In this document: positions 53,311-64,000 of the stretch, piece after piece
Layout of the letters: each line of letters opens with the position of its first letter
Position numbering within the stretch: position 1 is the stretch's first letter
Assembly (NCBI GenBank): GCA_963815515.1
Contig: CAWFGP010000001.1
Location: forward strand, 1,070,133-1,134,132
Length of the DNA: 64,000 bases
Direction: 5' to 3'
DNA from: an uncultured Gemmatimonadales bacterium
GTDB lineage: Bacteria; Gemmatimonadota; Gemmatimonadetes; Gemmatimonadales; GWC2-71-9
Translations under genes and position numbers: made by a program
Notes under the pieces: generated by a model
Database searches by the model: none
What the model was told of the DNA's origin: nothing
Seen by the model: only the letters and a program-made list of their open reading frames with translations

Positions 53311-55398
53311 TCAGGTCTCCACCACGAAGTGCTTCGCGATACGCTGGAGGTCGGCGGCCACGTCGCCCAGCTGGCGGATGGCCCGTTCGAGATCGGCCTG
53401 CCCGTTGGCGGCCTCGGTGGCATGCCGCGCCAGCGCTTCGGTCTCGCTCAGGGTGCGCGCCGAGCTCGCCGCGACCTGCCGGATCTGCCCCGTGAGCCCG
53501 TCGACCGCCCGGAGCTGGTCCGCGGCCGTGGTGGCGATGGCCCGCGCATGCTGTCCGGCCTCTCCCGTCGTGCCGACGATGGCGTCGAGCGCCATCGCGG
53601 CATCCGCGCTCAGCTCCTCCACGCCCGCCACCGCCTGCCGCCCACGCTCCATCTGCCCGCTGACCGCCGAGACCTGGTCGGTGATCTCCTCGAGGAGGTG
53701 GCGCGCTTCGCCCGCCGCGTGGAGGCTCTGGGCGGCGAGATCCCGCACCTCGTCGGCAACCACCGCGAACCCGCGCCCCTCGGCGCCGGCGCGCGCGGCC
53801 TCGATGGCCGCGTTGAGGGCGATCAGATTGGTCAGATCGGCGATCTCACGGATCGTCCCGATGAAGCCCTCGATCCGGGAGGTCATCGCGCCGAGGCCGG
53901 CGACCTGGTCGGCGCTGGCGGACACGAAACCCTTGAGCCCGACCAGCCGGTCGATCGCCTCGCCGATGACCACGCGGTTCTTGCTGGCGACCTCCGCCGC
54001 GGTGCCGCTGGCCGCGGCGGCCTGCGAGCCCTGGTCCGCCATCGCGCGGGTGGCGGTGCCGAGCGAGTCGGTGGCCTCGAGGCCGCCGGCTACGAAGGTC
54101 TCCAGCTCGCCCGCGCCCTGCGCGCATGCCCTGCGACGCGTCGGCCAGGGCGAGCGCCGAGGCGCGGAGCGAATCGGTGACGCGGGCGAGCGCCGTGACC
54201 TGCTGGCCGATCTGCTCGACGGTGCCGAGCAGGGGCCGGCGCAGCTCGGCGATGTGGATCGCCGTCGCGATCTGGTTGCCCAGCGTGCTGAGGGCGGTGA
54301 GATCCTTGGGCCCGTAGGCGTGCCGCTTGGGGTGGTCCACCTCGACCGTCCCGAGCAGGTCGTCGCCGAAACGGATCGGGTGGACCACGAGGCTTCCGCA
54401 CCTGCTCCATCGGGACCGACCACGCGCGGATCGGACCGGGCATCTTTGACCCCGACCACCTGGTTGCGTCGCGATGCCTCGGCGCGGAACGGCGCGGCGC
54501 CGGCGGGCGCCTCGCCGCGGTCGGGCCGCCCGAGCGCGCCGCGATAGGCCAGCGTCGCCGACGCCGTCGGCACCCGATAGATCCGGAAGTCGCCCCAGTC
54601 GAGCAGCCGGTAGGCCAGCTGCTCGATCTGGTCGAAGGAGCCCTTCAGCGTGCGATTGCTGGCGATCGTCACCTCCATGAGGTGGACCTTGTTCAGGTCC
54701 TCGGCGCCGATCGCTTCCTCGAGGATCCGGCGCGGTCAGCGCGCCCAGCACCCCGATGGCCAGCGCCACCGCCAGCCAGCCCACCGGCGGGAGCGACCGC
54801 AGCGCGGCGACCGTCATGCCGCGCGATGAGGGTCAGCATGTAGGAAAGGACCTCCTAGCGAAGAATCATGACCCTCTCGTGACTCTCGAGCTTGTCCCGC
54901 ATCAGCAGGGTGAAGTAGAAGAGGGCCCGCGTGGCGAAGAAGTACAGTCCTGACCAGGGTCGGCGGCGGCCGGCAGCAAGTCCAGGGAGAGCTCGGATGG
55001 GCTCGCGAACCTCATGCAGCCGCGGCGTAGACCCATAGGCCACCATGAAGCCGAGCACCTCCCGGCTGGCGTTGACCAGGCCGGCCCGCAGGAGCTTGCG
55101 GAGCCAGAAGACGTCGGACGCGAAAACGCCGAGCCAGAGGGCAAGTCACCACCGCCGGGCCCAGGGTCGATCGCACCCACCAGCGCCACGACCCGATCTG
55201 GGACAGGTAGGAGAACTTGCTCAGAGCGGACTGGCACTGCTCGCAGCACGCGACCAGGGCCCGACCAGGAGAGGGTGGCCATCGGCTGGTCGAGATCCAG
55301 CGGTGTCGAGCGGCCAGGGCGGCGAGCCGAAGAGAATGCCGCCGAGCGATAGCGCGGGCGTACGGTCAGTGAGGAGATTGCGTGGGGACCACGCTCAC
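53311..55398 (-). CDS. methyl-accepting chemotaxis-like protein with multi-TM and GAF regions (frameshifted in this sequence)
   Basis: [33 protein letters not shown] signature; upstream GAF-like ([14 protein letters not shown]) and TM segments are split across frames; 5' end approximate. Confidence 0.75.
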
Positions 55399-56160
55399 GC
55401 TGCACCCTCCCCGGCGGCTTCATCCAGGGCCCGGCGCAATTCGCCGAGGAACCGACCGGCGGCGGCCGGACCTTCGCGGCCGAGCGGTCGACGAGCGCAC
55501 TGCCGACCACGACGCCGTCGGCCAGTCCGGCGCAGCGTCCGGCCTGCGCCGGCGTGGAGATCCCGAAGCCGACGGCGATCGGCAGTGGCGTCGCCCGCCG
55601 GACCCGGGCGATCTACTCGCCCAGGCCGCTGCCGCCAGTGAGGCGCTGGCGCCGGTGACTCCGAGCCGGGCGACCAGATAGAGAAACCCTGCGCGCCCCG
55701 CGACCGGGCGGCGAGCCGGGGACCGGTCGTCGGGGCGACCAGGCGGATCAGGTCGAGGGGGCTCGCCCGGACCGACTGCTCGAGCTGGCATCGCTCCCCG
55801 CCGGGAGATCGGTGAGCAGGAGCCCGCCACGCCGAGCTCGCCCGCGTCGCGCAGGAAACGCTCGAGTCCATAGTGCAGGACCGGGTTGAGGTAGCTGAAG
55901 ACGACCACCGGCCAGGCCAACCGGGCTCGTCGATCAACTCGAGAGTGCCGGCCAGGGTCATCCCCTGCCCAGGGCGTCGAAGGTCGAGCGCTGGATCGTG
56001 GGGCCGTCGGCGAGGGGATCGCTGAAGGCCACGCCGACCTCGATGATGTCGGCCACCGCGCCGCCACGCGGAGGGCGTCGAGGCTGGCCGCGACGGTCGG
56101 ATGACCGGCGGTGAGGTAGGGATCAGGGCGGTCCGTTCCGGCGCGGAGAACCGACCATGC
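55395..56160 (-). CDS. trpA: tryptophan synthase alpha chain (frameshifted, probable sequencing errors)
   Basis: Fragments [52 protein letters not shown] in different frames; ends approximate. Confidence 0.85.
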
Positions 56161-56176
56161 CGGGGTCAGCCTGGAG

Positions 56177-57647
56177 TCAGACGAAGTAGTCGCCGACCAC
56201 GAGCCCATAGCGGTCGGGGTTGGTCACCTTCACGATGGAGCGATGGAACCCGCCGCTCTCGTCCTGTCCGGCGAGACTCCACCAGCGTCCCGGCGGCGGC
56301 ACCGGCGCGCCGTTCGGCGTCGATCGCGATCCGGACCATGGGCCGGTTGAGCTGCTGGCCTCGGGATTGGGCGCCGCCACGAGGCCACCTCGAAGGTGTC
56401 GAGAATCACGCAGGTGCCCACGGGGTAGATGCCGATCAGGTTGATCAGCGCCTTCACCAGTATCGGTCGTAGCCGCGGCCGGGATTGTACCACATCTCGC
56501 GCAGCACCGCGTCCGGCTGGATCGGGACGGTCTGATAGCTCCGCCGCGTCGTGGCGGCGTCGTAGCCGTCGGCCACGGCCACGAGCCGGGAGAAGATCCC
56601 CAGCGTGCGGGGCCGGATCGGCTTGGGATAGCCGGTCAGGTCGATCTTCATGTGGTGCTCGTGCGCGACCAGGATCGCGCGATACGGCAGTCTCGCCATC
56701 CGCGCATGGCTGAACAGGGTCAGCATGCCGAGCCAGGATGGGCCTGCATCATGCGCCATTCGTCCTCGTCGAGACCGGTCGTCTTGTTGAGCAGCTCCAC
56801 CGGGATCCGGGCCTTGCCGACGTCGTGCAGCAGCGCCGCCAGGCCCGAGATCGTAGAGCTGCAGCCGGGTCGAAGCCCAGCTTCTTGCCCGAGCGCCACC
56901 GAGAAGATGCAGACGTTGACGCGAATGGGTGAAGGTGTACTCGTCGTAGTCCCGGATCGTGGTCAGCCCGATCAGGGAGGTCTCGTTGTTGAGCACCTGG
57001 TCCACGATCAGCTGGACCGCCCGCTTCACTTGCGACGGTGGTGGTGCGACCCATCCGCACCCTGTTGATCACGTCCTTGGTGACCGCCACGCCATGCGCG
57101 TAGGTGCGCTTGGCCTGCCTCCTTGGGCTTTCGGCGTCGGGATCGTGCTCCTGCACGACCGCGCGGTTCGAGCTGAGGCCGCTTGACGTCGGCCGCGGCC
57201 AGGCGCGCGACCAACTCCTCGGAGGGTTCGTCGGGATCTCCCCGGTCGAACAAGCGCTGCAGCAGGCGCAGGAAGATCTGCCATTCGCGACGATTCCGAC
57301 TCGTGCACGCGAAGCGCGCCCGACCGCGAACGCCCGCAGCATCGACAGGACTGGCTGAACGAGGCATAGTTGTCCAGTTCCAGCCGGAACCGGGTGGGCG
57401 TTCACGAAGATAAAATCGCCGGCCAGGCGGATCTCCAGGTCGGCCTCGAGGGCCCCAGGAGCGCGCGGCGGTGTCGAGATCGTCGAGCGCCTTCTGGACG
57501 GTCGCGTTCTCCAGTGGGTAGAGCTTGAGGCTTTACGGGGGAGGCGCCGTATAGAAGGCGCGAGCAGCAGCGCCCGCCCGCCGCTGGCGGAGGGCGGCCC
57601 TCCGAGGCGCACCGCTCCGCCGTCGGTTCGGAACCCGGCGTGGTCAT
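56177..57647 (-). CDS. HD-GYP domain protein (frameshifted)
   Basis: RDYDEYTFTHS, LHDVGK, HEHHMKIDLTGYP, VADGYDAATTRRSY, GIYPVGT. Confidence 0.8.
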
Positions 57648-57649
57648 GT

Positions 57650-59338
57650 AAGGCCTGTCTCCCTCCAACGCCCGACTCACGGCATTGCGCACCACAGGAT
57701 TCCTTGTCGTCGGCGGCCCGCTGAGGAGAATCTCCCACGCTCGGGGGTCCGGATCTTAACCCCCAGCGCGATCGCCGCGCGCAGGCGCGGGGTCTTCGGA
57801 GGGCCTCCTTCATCCGGAGCAGGCCCCGCGGCAGCAGCAGCGCGCTCATCGGGCTTGATGCCCGGCCGCGCCCGCGATGGACCCGTAGGCCTCGAAGCAG
57901 GGCCATCTTCTCGGTGAGGTCCATGTCCTTGAGCCGACTTCCCGGAGAAGCACGAGGCCCTCGACGCGCTTCTGCGCGCCCACTCTGTAGCCGCGGCTCC
58001 CGACCGCAGCTCGGATGGCGGCCAGGCGCACAGCCCGGTCGTCGTCTTCCATGCGTCTTCTCGATGAACGTCATCGCGGGAGTTCCCCCAGCTCGCGCCA
58101 GCGCCTGCACCGGAGGCGAGCCGGCGCGGCTGCGTCCTCCGTGAGCGATGGTCTCGCCGAGCCCGGGCACCGTCTTCGCGGGTGGAGGCTTGGCAGGCGG
58201 CCGCAGAGCGCCACCACGGCCGCGAGCGCTTCCGACTCGGGCAATCAGAGGGATGCAGGAGCACCTCCATCAGGATGGGGGCCTGTGCGAGCCGGGTCGG
58301 CCACTTCCTCGAGCACTTCCTGAGCACGGGCGAGGCCAGGGTCGGGATCCAGGGTGAGGATGGGGCTCGAGTGCCGTGGCGCGGAGCTCGCCCAGGACAC
58401 TCGCCGAGCCGTGGGCTCGCCGGCGAGCGCGGGCACCTCGTCGATCGACTGCAGCGAGCTGGCTCGAGAGTGGCCGGCTCGCTGAGGCGGGGGCCACGAA
58501 GGCCGTCGCAGCCGCGCCGCCTGGGCGGGCGCCAGGCCGGGCGCCCGCGGTGGTGAGCAGGGCGGCACTCGCGGGGAGGAATGGGTGGCCGCGGTCCGCG
58601 GAAATAGCCGCGGTTCAGCAGAGTGCGGGAAACGGCGACTCGAGCGTGGCGGAGGATCTCACCGCGGGTGGCCTCGCTCGACCTGGTTCTCGGGAGAGAT
58701 CGAACAGGATGTTGAGCGGGGGGGCCATGCGCGCGTCCCGGCGGTGAGCTCCGTCCTCGACCGCCGCGGCCACCTAGTGCTAGATCTCTTTCTCCGCCTT
58801 GAGGAAGTAGAGCGTACCGTCGAACTCCTCCAGGTTCGATGACGCCCTTCGGCCGCGGCGGCGCCTCCTGAGCGGCCGCCGCCCGTGCGGTCGCGCGCGG
58901 CGGCCTCCGCGTCCTGACCGCTCACCGCATAGGTGCCGGCCTGCTCCGGCAGCCCGGCCCCGGTGTCGCCGATGAACTCTATGAAATTGTACTGGATGAA
59001 CTCGAACTCCTCCTCCCCCAGAGGAGCGTCGGGGAGTAGTCGCCCGCGTCCGTGGGAGGAACCGGCGCACGGTTGATCGTCTCGAGGAACCAGGCATCCT
59101 CCAGCTCCGCGCCGCGGCGGATCGTCAGCGTTGCGCATCCCGTCCTTGAACAGCCCCCACGCGAGATGAACTCTCCGCCTTGTTGAGCTGATGGTAGACC
59201 GCCTGCTTCTTCCAAGCGAGAGTCGGTCTCCGCGACGGTGAGCACCAGCTCGTCGAGGCACCGCCCAGGATCGGCTGGAACGCGATCCGGAGGGGTTTTC
59301 GCTCGCCCGCTGGTAGACCGGGTTGTTGGGCAGATCAT
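57650..59338 (-). CDS. probable HEAT-repeat protein (heavily frameshifted)
   Basis: Helical fragments (EFEFIQYNFIEF, LEEFDGTLYFL, MDLTEKMA, AAIALG) between trpB and the HD-GYP gene. Confidence 0.5.
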
Positions 59339-60630
59339 GTGATAGGCGCGCAGCGCCTTGCGCCAGGCCGTTGTATCAGCTCGGTGACCTGCGGACGCGG
59401 GGAGGATGTTGCCCGTCGGCGACCGGGCCGCTCGTCAACACCGGCGCCCCGAGCAGGCTCGCCACTTGCGCGACGTCCTTGTCGCCGCGGCCACTGACGC
59501 AGATCAGCACGGGCGCATCGGATGCCCACCGACCGGCCTGCGCCGCCACCCACGCGACCGCGTGCGCGGTCTCGAGCGCGGGATGATGCCCTCGAGCCGA
59601 CTCCGAGCCTGGAACGCCGCGAGCGCCTCGTCGTCCTGGCCGTGTACCTCGCGCGGCCCGTGTCCTTCAGATAAGCTGTGCTCGGGCCCCACGCCCGGGT
59701 AGTCGAGTCCGGCGGACACCGAGTGCGCCGGCTCACCTGCCCGTCTCGTCCTGCAGGAGGTAGCTGAGCGATCCCGTGCAGCACGCCGGGCGTGCCGCGC
59801 GGTGAGCGACGCCGCGTGGCGCCCGGCGCGAGCCCCCGCCGGCGGCCTCCACGCCGACGAGCTCGCACGCCCGCGTCCTCGATGAACCGGCGTGAAGATG
59901 CCCATCGCGTTCGAGCCGCCGCCGACGCACGCCACGACCGCGTCGGGCAGCCGCCCGTCGCGCTCCAGCATCTGCTCCTGCGCCTCCCGCCCGATCACCG
60001 ACTGGAAGTCGCGCACGATCCGCGGGAACGGGTGCCGGGCCGACCACCGAGCCGATGATGTAATGGTGTCGTCGCGACGTTCGTCGACCCAGTCGCGCAT
60101 CGCCTCGTTGGTCGCGTCCTTGAGCGTCCGCGTGCCCGACTCGACCGGCACGACCTCGGCGCCGAGCAGCTGCATGCGGAAGACGTTCAGCGCCTGCCGC
60201 CGCATGTCCTCCGCGCCCATGTAGACCACGCATCGCAGCCCGAAGCGCGCGCAGACGGTGGCCGTGGCGACGCCGTGCTGTCCCGCGCCGGTCTCGGCGA
60301 TGATCCGCTGCTTGCCCATGCGCCTGGCGAGCAGCGCCTGGCCGATGGTGTTGTTGATCTTGTGCGCGCCGGTGTGGTTCAGATCCTCGCGCTTGAGCTA
60401 GATCGTCGGCCGGCTTGGCGCCGAGTCCGCGGTCGCTTCCGGCGAACCGGCAGGGCCGGCCCACGAACTCGCGACAGGTACCTCGTACTCCGCCCAGAAG
60501 TCGCGGTCGCCGTGGCCGCCGTCATATAAGCGCCGCAAGATCGTCGAGTGCGGCGACGAGCGTCTCGGCACGACTGCCGCCGCCGAGGGTCGGGCCGAAG
60601 CGCCCCGACGGCCCGCTCAGCTGGATTCAC
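59335..60630 (-). CDS. trpB: tryptophan synthase beta chain (frameshifted)
   Basis: [57 protein letters not shown]; ends approximate. Confidence 0.92.
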
Positions 60631-60990
60631 GCTGCTGGCCAACGACCACCTCCAGAAAACGCGCGATTTTGTTCGGGTGCCCTTGATGCCCGGCAGGCGC
60701 TCCACCCCTGAACTTACATCCACGATGTACGGTCCAACGAGGGCCACGGCCGCTGCGACGGTCGCGGGCGAGAGCCCGCCGGCGAGCACCATCGCGCGCG
60801 CGGTGCGAGGCGCGCCCGGGCCTCACCCGCGAGCACCAGGTCCAACGCGACGCCGCGGTTCCCGCCCATGACGTGCGCCACCCGTCAGCTTTGACCAGGA
60901 CGGCGTCCGCGTCCATCGCGGCCTGGGACCGGCCGCCTCCGCAAGCCGGCACGGCCGCGCCGCCGCACGCCGTACACAACGCGAAGGCGC
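60617..60990 (-). CDS. trpF: phosphoribosylanthranilate isomerase, 3' part (degraded, truncated)
   Basis: VLAGGLSPATV..VDVSSGVE..PGIK, directly upstream of trpB. Confidence 0.75.
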
Positions 60991-60999
60991 GCCAGGGGG

Positions 61000-63900
61000 G
61001 GGGGGGGCCCTGTTCTGTCTACTGCCTCGCCGGACCCGTCTTCCCCCCCCCGCGCCCAACCAGCAAACACACTCCACACAGTCGAGCGTGTACAATGAAC
61101 TCCAACGGAAGGCGATTCAGGAACGAATGGCGCACCATCAGCAAGAGCAACAGCAGGCGTTCAATACTCTCCCACCTTTGAGACGAGCATTACCGGCCGC
61201 TGCGATTCAACTGCACCGTGATCCCGCAGTTGAGGGAATCCAAGCTCCCAGAGGACCCAACACTGCGAATTTTCGCACTAGTGGCTCGCGGGCACCTGAT
61301 CATGCTGCAGGTGTGCAGGAACTGCGTACAAGTGAAGGAAGGAAGAGGTCACACGATGGTGTTCCTGTCAAACAGGAATTGATTTAGTAAATCAGAGGGT
61401 TTTTCTCGGTAGAGGTCAACATCTTTGTAGCAACTGTATGAATTAACTTTTTCGTCGGCCCTGAGACGTTTGATGTCAATGGTATGCAGTGGGCCGACGC
61501 TTGGTCTGTATATGAAATGAACAAATTTCGTTTCCTTGTTCTCTATCGTCTAGGAACGTTCAGTAATCCGTGAATCAAATTCGTTCGCCGCCATCAATCA
61601 AACTGGATCTTGTCAGGATGGCTACTCGTGCGGGTCGGGACGGTTTCAAGGCTTCGCCTGACACGAACACGACATTCCCCGGGTGTCAAAGAGCTCATGC
61701 CCGAGTCCGACACGATATGTCTCGGGTCGAACTCATGAAGTGTCCGAACCCGATCATGTTCAAGATAGATTGTGTCCGAACATGACTCGGGTCCGATGAA
61801 TCGGACAAATAGTCGTGTCCGAACCCAATCAACAGCTAAAATTGAGACAAGCCTGGGTTGTGTCATCGGAATTACCCGCACGAGTCACTATCTTGGATCT
61901 TATACACTTTGTCATTTTCCTACTCTACATTATTTTTTTTCATCAGTGAACCCCTCTTGATGGAATGTAGAGATTGTTGTCGATTTTGATAATAAAAGAA
62001 AGTGGAGAATTAAAAATGCATCTCAGTTATAACACAACTCTAATTATATAATAGTTTTATATTATATTAATAAAATGTCTTTCAAGATAGAAAAAGGCAT
62101 TGAAATATACAATGTGAATACAAGTTCACTTCTTCTATTGGAATTTAATTCATTTGATGATAACGAATATATTCTTTTTAACTGGTTCATTGTAATTAAA
62201 ATAGATATAATTTTTATTTTTTTTTGTAAATTAATTAAACAAAGTACTTTCAATATATCAAAAATTATTAAAGACAATATCATCATGACCCTTACAAAAG
62301 TATTAAATAATGTCAAATTTTTTATTGAAATCTATTACGAAGTCAGACCTGTTGGACCTTTTTTCTAATATATAAAATATTATATATATGAAATCAAAAA
62401 CAGAAACAAAGAATTATATTATTATATTATAATAATCATATAAACTTATAAAAAACTTTCACTAATCAAAGCTTCTGTTACAAAACTTATTAAATCATAA
62501 ATTGAAATTGTCAAAGTATAATTTTCATAAGAACAAATACTGTCCATTTGAAATGACTTATGATAAATACAAGTACATATTGACTATTTATTTAAATAGG
62601 TAAATAATAATCTGAAAATATAATTAGAGCTAGAAAAATAGCTGCAAATAGTTGTAAATAGTTTTGTTTCTATTAATTTTGATTGTTAATAACTTTTTCA
62701 ATATTTATACTATTATAATAATAAAAATATATATTTAAAGTATTTTTTTTTAATATTTTTTTGATTTCTTTTATAAAATAAAAATATTTTGAAAACTAAT
62801 AAAAGTATTGATTAAACTATACTTTAATTATATACTTTTGGAGTTTTTTTTATTAATAATTTTAATGACAATATATTAATTTTGTAATATTAATTTGATG
62901 TAAACGTATTCTTTAATATAAAAATATGTCATTCATATATAATTATATTTTTATATATTATTGAAAAGTATAATTATATATATAAATTTATTTCATTTCA
63001 TATAAAATAAATGAAAATTGAATAAATTATAGCTATTTTTATTTTTGAAAATTAGTTAGCAAAAAAGTCTCTAACCAAATGATATGTCCATATCAAATAT
63101 AATACAAATCCTCAAAAATGTCAAGAACAAATGGGATTATAGTTGTTACAGGATGCGCTAACTATTTTCCCCTGGTCCAAATCAAAATCGTCCGCAATTT
63201 AGTATGGTGAGGAATGTTAGAATGCTGGTTTGTTGAGTAAGAAGGAATTGTAGTACTGAGTGGAAACTTTAATAGAAGTTGGAGAAAACTGACCGCTATT
63301 ATTTTCAGAAATATGCCCAGATCTCTGAGTTAAATCGGGGATTTTTTGGTATCAGATTTCTGACACCAGATTTCTACACATATTATATATCGTGGACACA
63401 AGTTGGTTCTAACTATCAAGTTTTAATCTTCATCAAAATTCTATTAGGGGTGAAGAAATCGTTTGCAAAAAGGCAGCAATTAAAGTGGTAAAAATACAAT
63501 GACATTGGTTTTAGGTAATTTTAATGTATATAATGCACTGAAACTTGTGACTTGTAGATTGAATTTAAATTAATGAAGTTATTCCCAATCTCATAAATTC
63601 CCCCACTTATACCATAGTCAGGACCATATTTCACACATCTCATCCACAAATACCTCCATTTACTTCACACCAAAACCTCAATCCTTCACCTATGCCTCTA
63701 CTCCAACTTCTATTAAACTTTCCTCCTCATACACCCACTCTTTCCTCCTTCATTTCCTCCTCAACTTTCCCTCACACTGGAATTTTCACTGTCGTAGGAA
63801 ACTTCAACCCATATCTCACCAACCACTACCTCAATTCATATCAAAACAAGCCTCCAAACATCTACCTGTCTCTCTCCTCTAACTTCTATTAAAGTTCCCT

Positions 63901-64000
63901 GCCCATAGCTACACTCCCTGGTGCTCCATTCCCTCCTCAACTTTTCCCTACAACAGAATTTTTACTGTGCGGGAAATATTCACCCCATATCTCACCACCC
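61000..64000. other. foreign, eukaryote-like / AT-rich DNA joined to the bacterial sequence
   Basis: Abrupt loss of high GC after G13 (60995-61007) and C9 tracts; extremely AT-rich at about 62000-63100; no bacterial gene signals. Confidence 0.85.
63620..64000. repeat. degenerate tandem repeat with about 176-bp period
   Basis: AACTTCTATTAAA at 63705 and 63881, each followed by CCTCCTCAACTTT, GAATTTT and CCCATATCTCACC. Confidence 0.75.

Noticed and set aside
54100-61000. Real pseudogenes or programmed frameshifting in the trp region
   Set aside because: Indels hit all genes indiscriminately and increase toward the contig junction, which fits sequencing error.
62062-63491. Short AT-rich ORFs (62062-62316, 62075-62368, 63279-63491)
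   Set aside because: Low-complexity I/K/N/F-rich translations with no motifs or RBS; probably non-coding.
61000-64000. Prophage, genomic island or eukaryote-to-bacterium transfer
   Set aside because: No integrase, att site or phage gene; it follows an error-ridden stretch and truncates trpF.

Overview
Bases 1 to about 61,000 are a very GC-rich bacterial chromosome segment. Gene content and order suggest a Gemmatimonadota (Gemmatimonadales-like) soil organism; this is an inference, not a search result. Main blocks: (i) Ser/Thr kinase, rpmA-rplU, Rne/Rng ribonuclease, acyl-CoA dehydrogenase, RecQ; (ii) a translationally coupled acyl-CoA operon (meaB, a split B12 mutase with isobutyryl-CoA-mutase-type residues, carboxyltransferase, AtuA, enoyl-CoA hydratase) that also carries an eRF1-like protein and a TPP-II-like lipoprotein peptidase; (iii) a sigma-54 two-component module with two -24/-12 promoters and a shared upstream operator; (iv) housekeeping aspS-phoH-HD-ybeY-corC-corC-mgtE-ubiB plus rlmN; (v) a compact serine-cycle cluster (sga-mcl-mtkA-mtkB-hpr-ppc with divergent gck) carrying a Rex-like operator and bracketed by composite palindromic repeats; (vi) folK-panB-panC and a trp region. 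From about 54,100 the reading frames fill with indels, which looks like uncorrected long-read error. At about 61,000 the sequence switches to unrelated, eukaryote-like and then very AT-rich DNA, probably a chimeric contig end. No rRNA, tRNA or CRISPR array was seen. Start codons were chosen by eye, and family assignments rest on recalled motifs.
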